Source: Thermoplasmata archaeon (GTDB lineage: Archaea > Thermoplasmatota > Thermoplasmata > Lutacidiplasmatales > UBA184). From it: DNA of 64,000 nucleotides. The position numbers and the translations under genes are program-made. This document shows positions 34,379 through 42,673 of this stretch, in pieces; within the stretch, counting starts at the first letter, position 1; every line of letters starts with the position of its first letter. A model generated the notes under the pieces. It was not told the origin of the DNA. It made no database searches and saw only the letters and a list, made by a program, of their open reading frames with translations. Where the stretch lies: assembly GCA_027314165.1 (NCBI GenBank), contig DAHVCH010000011.1, forward strand, positions 1,990 through 65,989. The letters run 5' to 3'.

Positions 34379-35809
34379 ATGTCCGAGCTCCCGAAGAAGA
34401 GCACCGCCTTCTTCGAGTGGTACAACGAGGTCCTCGAGCGCACGCAGGTCACGGACAAGCGGTACCCGGTCAAGGGGCTCAACGTCTGGCCCCCGTTCGG
34501 CCTCAGCATCCGCTCCAACTTCGACCGCACGCTACGTTCGGCGGTCGAGGCGATCGGCTACCAGGAGGTCTCCTTCCCGACGCTGATCCCCGAGACGGAG
34601 CTCAAGAAGGAGAGCGAGCACATCAAGGGGTTCGAGGCCGAGGTCTACTGGGTCACCAAGGGCGGGGCCACTCCGCTCGACATCAACCTCTGCCTGCGCC
34701 CGACGAGCGAGACCGCGATGTACCCGATGTTCGCGCTCTGGGTCCGCTCCCACAAGGACCTGCCGCTCCGGATCTTCCAGATCTGCAACGTCTTCCGGTA
34801 CGAGACGAAGTCCACGCGCCCGCTCATCCGCATCCGGGAGATCCACTTCTACGAGGGGCACACGGTCCACCCGACCGAGGAGAGCGCCACCCGGCAGGTC
34901 CAGGAGGACCTGGGATCCTTCGCCGAGATCGCCCGGGCCTTCGCGCTCCCCTACCTCATCAACAAGCGCCCGGACTGGGACAAGTTCCCCGGCGCCCACT
35001 ACTCGCTCGCGCTCGACATCCCCTTCGGCGACGGGCGGACGCTGCAGGTGGGCACGGTCCACCACTACCGCGACAACTTCGCCCGCCCCTACGGGATCCA
35101 GTACGAGACCGAGGACGGAGGGGCCGCCTTCGGGCACCAGACCACCTACGGGATCTCCGAGCGGCTGATCGGAGGCGTCATCGGGGTCCACGGCGACGAC
35201 AAGGGGCTCGTGCTCCCCCCGGCGCTGGCCCCAACGCAGGTCGTCGTCATCCCCGTCATCGGCAAGGGCTCCAAGGAGGCCGTCGAAGGCGCGGCGAAGG
35301 AGATCTCCGCCTCGCTCTCGGCGAGCGGGTTCCGGACCAAGGTCGACCTGTCGGAGGACCGCCCCGGGGCCAAGTACTACGCCTGGGAGAGCCGGGGGGT
35401 GCCCCTGCGGGTCGAGCTCGGACCCCGCGAGGTCGAGGAGAGAGCCGCCACGCTGGCCGACCGGTTCGGTCGGAAGCGCAAGGTGGCCCGCTCCGACCTG
35501 GTGGAGGAGGTGCGGAAGGAGCTCGACGCCTTCCACGCCACGCTCTCCGAGAAGGCGACGGCACGTTTCCGCGAGCAGATCGGCGTCGCCTCCACCCTCG
35601 CGGAGCTCAAGGGAGCCCGCTCGGTCCACCTCCTCGGCTGGTGCGGGAAGGAAGAGTGCGGGCACCAGATCGAGGCGGGCGTGGAAGGCGGGCTCCTGGG
35701 GACCGTCGAGGCCAGCTCCCCGGAGGGCATCCTCCCCGGTGAAGTTCCCCCCTGCATCGTGTGCAAGGGGACCCCGAGCCGTTGGTCCGCCGCGGGCCGC
35801 CCGCTCTGA
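34379..35809 (+). CDS. proS: Prolyl-tRNA synthetase, archaeal/eukaryote-like type
   Basis: MSELPKKSTAFFEWYNEVL…LRPTSETAMYPMF…FRYETKSTRPLIRIREIHFYEGHT… with class II motifs, plus a C-terminal zinc-binding domain (GWCGKEECG…CIVC). Confidence 0.92.
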   Translation: MSELPKKSTAFFEWYNEVLERTQVTDKRYPVKGLNVWPPFGLSIRSNFDRTLRSAVEAIGYQEVSFPTLIPETELKKESEHIKGFEAEVYWVTKGGATPLDINLCLRPTSETAMYPMFALWVRSHKDLPLRIFQICNVFRYETKSTRPLIRIREIHFYEGHTVHPTEESATRQVQEDLGSFAEIARAFALPYLINKRPDWDKFPGAHYSLALDIPFGDGRTLQVGTVHHYRDNFARPYGIQYETEDGGAAFGHQTTYGISERLIGGVIGVHGDDKGLVLPPALAPTQVVVIPVIGKGSKEAVEGAAKEISASLSASGFRTKVDLSEDRPGAKYYAWESRGVPLRVELGPREVEERAATLADRFGRKRKVARSDLVEEVRKELDAFHATLSEKATARFREQIGVASTLAELKGARSVHLLGWCGKEECGHQIEAGVEGGLLGTVEASSPEGILPGEVPPCIVCKGTPSRWSAAGRPL

Positions 35810-35905
35810 GGCCCGAACCCTACTCCGACCCCATCTCGGCCGACCCGGTCCCGGTGGCCTTCGATGGCCCGCGACCCGGTCCGGGGGGGCTGCAGCCGCC
35901 GGCCT

Positions 35906-36202
35906 TCAGGGCGCCGGAAGAGCGCGGCGCTTGGGGGGGAGGGTGAGCCACATCCCCGCGAGACCGAAGCCGGCGAGGGTGATCACCATCGCGTAGATCC
36001 CGTTGTCGATCCAGACGCCGAAGGAGATGCCCCACCAGAGGTAGAAGGCGAGGGCGAGCCCGACCAGGGCCCCGAACAGACCGAACCCCATCTGGCGTGC
36101 GGAGGGGAGCGAGAAAGAGCGCTTCGGCCGGGCGGAGCGGCCCTTGGACCGGGGCCCCTTCTTCCCGGGGCTTTCGGCTGCCTTGGGCTCCTCGTCGGCC
36201 AT
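35906..36202 (-). CDS. Small membrane protein (basic N-terminus + 2 TM)
   Basis: MADEEPKAAESPGKKGPRSKGRSARPKR…MGFGLFGALVGLALAFYLWWGISFGVWIDNGIYAMVITLAGFGLAGMWL. A CTTAAGAT box lies about 30 nt upstream of ATG 36202. Confidence 0.45.
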   Translation of the reverse strand: MADEEPKAAESPGKKGPRSKGRSARPKRSFSLPSARQMGFGLFGALVGLALAFYLWWGISFGVWIDNGIYAMVITLAGFGLAGMWLTLPPKRRALPAP

Positions 36203-36370
36203 GGGGGTCGTGGGCCACGTACCCACCCCATCTTAAGCCTTGACGGGGAGGCGAGGGCGCCGGGGAGGACCGGAGCGGCGCGCTTCGCCCCCCCGGGGGC
36301 CGGGTCGGGAGGGGGCTGGCCGCGGGCAAGGGCGTTGGCCCGTGAGCGTAGTTTCTTGTGGGGCTAGGAG

Positions 36371-38005
36371 ATGCATCCTCTCGTGGCGACCCCGGAACCC
36401 CGGAGCACCCCCTGGGATCGCACGAGCCTCCCGCTGGAGCGCCTCTCGGAAGAGGAGAGGCGCGTGCTCGCCTACGCCAGCGCCATCGGCAAGGAGTTCG
36501 ACTTCGCCCTGCTGAGGAGCGCGACCGGCCTCTCCGAAGAGCCCCTCGCGGAGCTCCTGGAGCACCTGGTCCACCAGGGGCTCCTCCGGGAGCACCCCGG
36601 GGGAGAGCGGTTCAGCTTCGTCCAGGAGGACGTCCGGATGCGGCTCTACCGGGAGATGACGGAGAGCCGGGTGAGGGTCCTCCACCGGAAGATCGGGGAC
36701 GCCTACGAACAGCTCTACCCCGACCCCCCCGCCGAGATCCTCCCCGAACTGGGGCGGCACTACTTCCTGGGCCGGGTCCACGACCGGTCCTATCGCTACA
36801 ACCGGCGCTCGGCGAGCCTCGCGCGCGAGGCGCTCGCCCCGGAGATCGCCGCGCACCACCTGGAACGGGCGAGAGCGGACCTGAAGGAGCTCCCCGGCGA
36901 CCACCGGGAGGACGAGGCCGGGCTCCTGCTGGAGCTGGGCGAGCTCTACAGCCTGCTGAACGAGGACCTGAAGGCCGACCGCCTCTACGTCGAGGCGCTC
37001 GAGCTCGTCCCGCCGCAGAAGACCGTGCTTCGCGCCTTGATCCTCCTCGCCCGCGCGGACGTCGCCCGGAACCAAGCGCAGGGCGACCGGGGCCGGGAGC
37101 TGTGCGCGGACTCGCTCCGGCTGCTGGAGAAGGAGGGCCACCGTCGCGGCCTCGCCCGGGTCCACCGCCTGCTCGGCCGGATCGCCTCCCTCGAGGGGAA
37201 CACGCGCTCCGCGATCGAGGAGGGGGAGCGGTCGCTCGAGCTCTTGGACCCGAAGGACGACGCCCGCGAGATCGCCCGGTGCTACGTCGATCTGGGGAAC
37301 GCCTTCTCGGCCTCCGCGGAGCCCTCGAGCATCAGCAAAGCCGTGGAGTACTACCGGAACGCGCTGGAGATGGTGGAGAAGCTGGGCGACTGGCACGAAG
37401 CCTCCCGCGCGTGCAACAACCTGGCCGTTGCGGTGGGCACGGACGACCCGAAGGCAGGCGTCTCCTGGCTCGAGAAGGGCCGCACGTTCGCCGAGCGGGC
37501 GCACGACCGCCGGATGGTCGGCTGGACGCTCTTCAACGCGGTGGAGTTCCGGCTGACCCTGGGTCAACTGGACGAGGCGGAGCGCGACAACCGGGAGGCC
37601 CGCCGGGTGCTCGAGCGGCTCCAGGACCCGATCGCTCTCCAGCAGATCGCGATGAACGACGGCCTGCTGGCCATCCGTCGCGGCCGGTTCGGGGAGGCGG
37701 AGGCCGCCTTCCAGCGCTCCCTCCGGCTCGCCGAGGACATGGGGTATCCGCCCCAGATCTCGGAGATGCACCTTCGCCTGGCGCTGCTTTACGACGCTTG
37801 GGGCGACCCCGAGCGGGCCGCGCTGGAGCTCCCGCGCGCGGAGGGGCTGAACGTCGACTCCTACGCGGTGTCCCTGGTCAAGGCCCATCGGGAGCTCCGG
37901 GAGAAGCTCCACGTGGACGGGGGCGGTGGAGAGAGGGGACCCTCCGAGCCGAACGAGCGCCTTCCGGCAACGGGCGACGGGGGCGGCGCGGGTCCTGAGC
38001 ACTAG
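36371..38005 (+). CDS. Winged-helix + TPR protein: NTPase-less paralog of the downstream STAND gene
   Basis: It starts at …LERLSEEERRVLAYASAIGKEFDFALLRSATGLSEEPLAELLEHLVHQGLL…, which aligns by eye with the post-NTPase region of the next gene. TPR-like repeats follow (…ARCYVDLGNAFSA…AVEYYRNALEM…, …EAERDNREARRVLE…). No P-loop is present. Confidence 0.7.
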   Translation: MHPLVATPEPRSTPWDRTSLPLERLSEEERRVLAYASAIGKEFDFALLRSATGLSEEPLAELLEHLVHQGLLREHPGGERFSFVQEDVRMRLYREMTESRVRVLHRKIGDAYEQLYPDPPAEILPELGRHYFLGRVHDRSYRYNRRSASLAREALAPEIAAHHLERARADLKELPGDHREDEAGLLLELGELYSLLNEDLKADRLYVEALELVPPQKTVLRALILLARADVARNQAQGDRGRELCADSLRLLEKEGHRRGLARVHRLLGRIASLEGNTRSAIEEGERSLELLDPKDDAREIARCYVDLGNAFSASAEPSSISKAVEYYRNALEMVEKLGDWHEASRACNNLAVAVGTDDPKAGVSWLEKGRTFAERAHDRRMVGWTLFNAVEFRLTLGQLDEAERDNREARRVLERLQDPIALQQIAMNDGLLAIRRGRFGEAEAAFQRSLRLAEDMGYPPQISEMHLRLALLYDAWGDPERAALELPRAEGLNVDSYAVSLVKAHRELREKLHVDGGGGERGPSEPNERLPATGDGGGAGPEH

Positions 38006-38078
38006 CGGACCCGGGGCCTGTTCGTCCGGCCGTCCACCCACCCAGGCGACCCCCACTCTGGCCTGGGTCGCCTCCCCC

Positions 38079-38084
38079 ATTATA
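38079..38084 (+). promoter_or_regulatory. TATA-like box ATTATA upstream of the STAND gene
   Basis: This is the only AT-rich hexamer in the 38006-38107 spacer, 24-29 nt upstream of GTG 38108. Confidence 0.35.
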
Positions 38085-38107
38085 CGGCCCGTCCCGTTCC
38101 CGCCTCC

Positions 38108-40602
38108 GTGGCCGTCGCGCGCCGCAGCTCGAACCCCTCGGTCGCTCACCCGTTCATCGGACGGGGGGAGGTCCTCGAGGCCCTCCGCCGGGCCCTGGCG
38201 AGCCTCCGGGGAGGGAACGGGACCGCCGTCCTCATCCTCGGTGACGCGGGCGTCGGCAAGAGCACGCTCGTCGGCTCCATCACGGAGGCGGCCCGCCGGG
38301 ACGGATGCGTCGTCCTCGAGGGGAGGGCCCTCCCGCGCGACCTTCCGCAGCCGTTCGAACCGCTGAAGGAGGCCATGCGGGGGCTCACGCCCGCCCTCCT
38401 CCACGGTAGCGATGGCGGGGAGAGCGGGCTCCGCGGGATCTGGGTCCCCGAGCGCCCCTCGCCCCCGTCGCTCCTCCCCCTGGGCTTCATGGCCTGGCGC
38501 GAGGCGGGCCCGAGCCCGTCGGAGCGGCCGGAGGAGGAGGCCGGGCCGGACCGGATCTGGGGCACCATCGACCGCGCCTCCGGCGGCGTGGAGGAGGACC
38601 GGCTCGTGCTCTTCGACCGCTTGTACCAGGCGCTCGCGACCGTCTCCCGTCGCCAGCCGGTGCTGCTGGTGCTCGAGGACATCCACCTGGCCGACCGGCC
38701 GACGCTGGAGTTCGTGCAGTACCTCACCCGCCAGTCCCCGGAGCACGCGGTGGGCCTCATCCTGACCTCGGCACCGCTGGACACGCTCGCCCCGGAGGTC
38801 CGGGACCTGTTGGGGCCCCTGGAGCGGGAGGGCCACGTGGAGTCCCATACCCTGCGTCCCCTGAACGTGGAGGAGGTGAGCGACTACCTCCGATGGCTCA
38901 ACGCGGGCGCGGTGCCGGAGGCGGACACGGTCACCCGGCTCTACGCGGAGAGCGAGGGGAACCCGCTCTTCCTCGAGCGGCTCGCGATGGGGGAACGAGG
39001 AGGGCTGGGCGCGGGTCCCGGACGCGCGGGGCAGCGGGGCAGGAAGGGGGGCAGGATGAGCCCTCCTCCGCCGGAGGACCGGCCTCCGAGACCCCGGAGC
39101 GGACGGACGAGGTCGGTCGCAAGCTCCTCGCCTACGGCGCCGTCCTGGGGACCGAGTTCCCGTTCGCGGCCATCGCGCGCGTCTCGGAGGCCGACGAGGA
39201 GACCGTGGCCCGGTCGCTCGAACGGCTGGTCCGCGCGAAGGTCCTGGAGGAGCGGCCGGGCGAGGTCTACGCCTTCCGCACCGCCGCCCAGCGCGAGGAG
39301 GTCCTCTCGTCGCTCACGGAGACCCGGAAGCGGCGGCTCCACCGCCGGTTGGCGGAGGTCGTGGAGGTGCTCGGACCGGACGCCCAGGGCGAGGAGCTCT
39401 GGGTGAAAGAGCTCTCCCTCCACTTCCATCTGGGCGGGCAGGACCTCCGCTCCTTCGAGTACAACTGCCGCCTGTTCGAGCTCACCCGGCACGCCGGTCG
39501 GATCGGCGAGGCCCGCGAGGCGCTCGAGCGTGCGCTCGAGGCCATCCGCCGGCTCCCTCCGGAGCAGAAGGCTCCCCGGGAGCAGGAGCGCGAGGTCCTC
39601 CTTCGGCTCGGAGAGGTGCTGGCCGAGGCGGGAGAGCTCCGCCGGTCCGAGGAGCGCCTCATGGAGGCCTTCACCATGTTCCTGCCGAACGAGCCCCACG
39701 AGGTGATCCAGCTCGCGATCGCCCGCACCCACATGCACCAGGGGAGGATCCTGGAGGCGCGGCGACGCGTTCGCGCGCTCGCCCCGGCCCCCCACGATAC
39801 CTCTCCCCCCTCGAGCGCGGTGGAGGCGGCCGGCCTGCTCGCGGAGGCGGCGATCGCGATGGGGGAACTGGACGAGGGGCTCTCCTGGGCCCGCCGCGCG
39901 CTCCACTTCGCCGAGGGGCTGCCGGACCACGGGCTGCTGGGAGACTCCTGCCGCCGGCTCGGCGAGTACTACCTCCACGAGCTCGACGAGGCGGAGCGGG
40001 CCCGGGCCCTGTTCCAGAGGGCCCTCCGGCTCTTCGAGGAGGAGGGGGACGACCTGCGCCGGGTCCGCCTGGAGCTCCCTCTGGCCGAGCTCGAGTTCCT
40101 GCGCGGCCGCACGGAGGAAGGGTTCCGCAGGCTGGGCACCGTGGCCCGATGGGGCGAGGAGCGGGGGGCCCACCTCCTCCACGCTCAGGCGCTCCTCCGA
40201 GAGAGCCATCACGCCCTCACCACCGGAGAGCTGGAGCGGTCGGAGAGGTCGCTCGCGAAGGCGCGCGGGCTCGTGCCCCCGGAGAACGGTCCCAGCTTCG
40301 AAGTGCACTACGCCCTCCTGGACGGACGCCACGCCCACCGGCGCGGCGACCACGCCCGGGCCCGGACCCACCTCGCCCGCGCGGAGGAGCTCGCCCGGAC
40401 GGGAGGGCACACCGGCTACCTCGTCGAGGTCCTCCTGGCGCGGGCCGAGGCGGAGATCGCCCGGGGCGACCTTGCGCAGGCGCGGAGGTCGCTCGACGAG
40501 GCCCATCAGCTAGGGGTGCCCCGGCACGACCAGCGGGTCCGCTGGACGGAGCTCTCCCACGCCGCCCCTCCCCAGGAAGGGAGCGAGGAGCCCAAGGGCT
40601 GA
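38108..40602 (+). pseudogene. STAND-class NTPase (AAA_16-like P-loop) + winged helix + TPR, split over two reading frames (frameshift near 39000-39095)
   Basis: Frame 1 (38108..): FIGRGEVLEALRRALASLRGGNGTAVLILGDAGVGKSTL (Walker A), …PVLLVLEDIHLAD (Walker B), …ESEGNPLFLERL. It then degenerates into R/S/P junk. Frame 2 (open from 38893) continues with …ERTDEVGRKLLAYGAVLGTEFPFAAIARVSEADEETVARSLERLVRAKVLEE… and TPR repeats to 40602. The frames differ by -1, and a G6 run sits at 39046-39051. Confidence 0.65.
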
Positions 40603-40662
40603 GGCGGCCGGCCCCGGGGGGGCCCGCGGTGCCCTTTTGCCTTCCGTCCCCTGCCGGGTCCG

Positions 40663-41439
40663 ATGGCCCAGCCGGTCCCCGTCGCCTCGGACGGTTCCCC
40701 TCACCCCACCCGGGGCACGGAGGGGTTCGAGCGCGACGTGCGCGCGATGTTCGCGCACATCGCCGGTCAGTACGCGTTCTTCGACCACGTGGCGACCTTC
40801 GGACAGGACCTGGTCTGGCGGCCGAGGGCGCTCTGGGAGCTGGACCGCAGGCTCGACCGCCCTCCCCGGCAGGTGCTCGATCTCGGGTGCGGTCCGGGAG
40901 ACCTGACCTTCCTGCTCGCCCATCACTACCCCGGGGCCCGGGTGGTCGCCGCGGACTTCACGCGGGGGATGGTGGCGAGAGCGGAGAGGCTGCGTCGCGC
41001 GGGCCATGACGTGGACACGGCGGGGCCCGGCCGGGTCTCCTTCGGCGTGGCGGACGTCCTGAGGTTGCCCTTCCGCTCGGGGACCTTCGACGTCGTGACG
41101 AGCGCCTTCCTCATCCGGAACCTCCCGCAGCTGGTCATGGGCCTCGCCGAGATGCGCCGGGTCCTCCGACCGGGAGGGGTCTGCCTCGCCCTCGAGATCA
41201 CGGAGCCGGCCCCCGCCTGGTTCCGGCCGTTCTTCCACGCGTACTTCGACCGGGTGATGCCGAAACTGGGAGCCCTCTTCGGGACCGAGGGGCCCTACCG
41301 GTACCTCTCCGAGTCGCTCCGCCACTTCCCACCGCGGGAGGGGGTCGTCGAGGCTTTCGAGCACGCAGGGTTCCGGACGGCGGAGCCCTGTCCACAGTCG
41401 GCCGGGAGCGTCACGGCGTTCGTGGCCCGCGCGCCGTAG
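40663..41439 (+). CDS. UbiE/MenG-family (demethyl)menaquinone/ubiquinone C-methyltransferase
   Basis: …VRAMFAHIAGQYAFFDHVATFGQDLVWR…VLDLGCGPGDL…FDVVTSAFLIRNLP…LRPGGVCLALEITEP… matches the UbiE family pattern. Confidence 0.8.
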   Translation: MAQPVPVASDGSPHPTRGTEGFERDVRAMFAHIAGQYAFFDHVATFGQDLVWRPRALWELDRRLDRPPRQVLDLGCGPGDLTFLLAHHYPGARVVAADFTRGMVARAERLRRAGHDVDTAGPGRVSFGVADVLRLPFRSGTFDVVTSAFLIRNLPQLVMGLAEMRRVLRPGGVCLALEITEPAPAWFRPFFHAYFDRVMPKLGALFGTEGPYRYLSESLRHFPPREGVVEAFEHAGFRTAEPCPQSAGSVTAFVARAP

Positions 41440-41521
41440 GCGGCCCGGGACGGCGCCCTCGACAGGAGCCTATCCAGCTCCGCCCAGCAAGCTTTAGACC
41501 CGCTTCCGCTCGGTGCGACCG

Positions 41522-42664
41522 ATGCCCGCGACCTCCCCCCCGTTCGATGCGTTCCGCTACGCGCACGACCGTGCCGACCAGATCGTCTGGATGAGCCAGA
41601 ACACCAACCACCTCTTCCCGACGGAGCCGGTCGAGAAGGCCATCGCCCAGGCGGTCAAGGAACGGCGGTACCAGGGCTACCCGTACGCCCCGGGGGACCC
41701 GAAGCTCAAGCAGCTCGTCCGGGACGACTTCGGTCTTCCCGACTGCGAGACCGGCATCGCTTCGGGAGGCACGGAAGCGCTCTACATGCTCGCCCGGGCG
41801 CTCCTCGGTCCGGGCGACGAGGTCATCTCGAGCGACCCGAGCTACCTCATCATCCACAAGTTCATCGAGCTCTCCGGAGCGAGGACGGTCAACCTCCCCC
41901 TCTACGCCCCGCCCTACCGTCTCACCCCGGACCGCGTGAACGAGGCCATCACCCCGAAGACGAAGATGATCATGCTCATCGACCCGCTGAACCCCCTGGG
42001 GAGCGGGTACCCCGAGGCGGACGTCAAGGGGATCGCGGAGATCGCGAAGGACCGCAAGCTGGTCCTCCTGAACGACACGACCTACCGCGACTTCTCCGAG
42101 CACCACACCCTCGCCCACCCCTACCACCCGGAGGGGACGGTGACCGTCTGGTCCGTCTCGAAGAACTGCGGGCTCGCCGGCGTCCGGCTGGGAGGGCTCC
42201 TCGCGCGCAAGGAGCTCTACGACCGGATCTGGAAGTACAACACCAACGACCTCGGCGTCAACGTGCTCGCCCAGGTGGCGGCGGTGGCCGCGCTCGAGGC
42301 GAAGCCCAAGGCGTTCCCGGCGGTGCTGAAGCAGACGCGGGAGAACCAGAGGCGGATCCACGAGGCCGTGAAGGGATGGAGCGGGGTCTCGCTCCCGTTG
42401 TACCCCTCCCAGGGGAACATGTTCGTCCTCGACATCGCCGAGCGCGGGGTCGAGCCCGAGGCGCTGCAGAAGGAGCTCCTGGTGAAGCACGGGGTCTTCC
42501 TCAGGGCCGGGAACTACCTCTCCCCGTCCTTCGGGAAGCGCTTCATCCGGGCGTCGTTCTCGAACCCACCGTCGGACATCGACCGGTTCCTGAAGGCGTT
42601 CCCGGTCGCGCTTGCGGCCACGGAGCCCACGGCGAAGGCCTCGGCCCCCGTGGCCGCCCGCTGA
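41522..42664 (+). CDS. PLP-dependent aminotransferase, class I/II
   Basis: …GYPYAPGDPKLKQL…SDPSYLII…IDPLNPLGSGY…WSVSKNCGLAGVRLGG… with the PLP lysine in the SVSK context. ATG 41522 (a GTG at 41513 is also possible). Confidence 0.85.
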   Translation: MPATSPPFDAFRYAHDRADQIVWMSQNTNHLFPTEPVEKAIAQAVKERRYQGYPYAPGDPKLKQLVRDDFGLPDCETGIASGGTEALYMLARALLGPGDEVISSDPSYLIIHKFIELSGARTVNLPLYAPPYRLTPDRVNEAITPKTKMIMLIDPLNPLGSGYPEADVKGIAEIAKDRKLVLLNDTTYRDFSEHHTLAHPYHPEGTVTVWSVSKNCGLAGVRLGGLLARKELYDRIWKYNTNDLGVNVLAQVAAVAALEAKPKAFPAVLKQTRENQRRIHEAVKGWSGVSLPLYPSQGNMFVLDIAERGVEPEALQKELLVKHGVFLRAGNYLSPSFGKRFIRASFSNPPSDIDRFLKAFPVALAATEPTAKASAPVAAR

Positions 42665-42673
42665 GAGGGCCCT

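Noticed and set aside
36233-38848. 871-aa ORF on the minus strand
   Set aside because: It is exactly antisense to the TPR/STAND genes. Its composition is dominated by R/G/P/A/L with no motifs. This is a typical stop-free shadow frame in very GC-rich DNA, and the sense-strand proteins have clear domain signatures.
41411-42490. 359-aa minus-strand ORF
   Set aside because: It is antisense to the PLP aminotransferase. It has repetitive L/V/R/D/G composition and no motifs.
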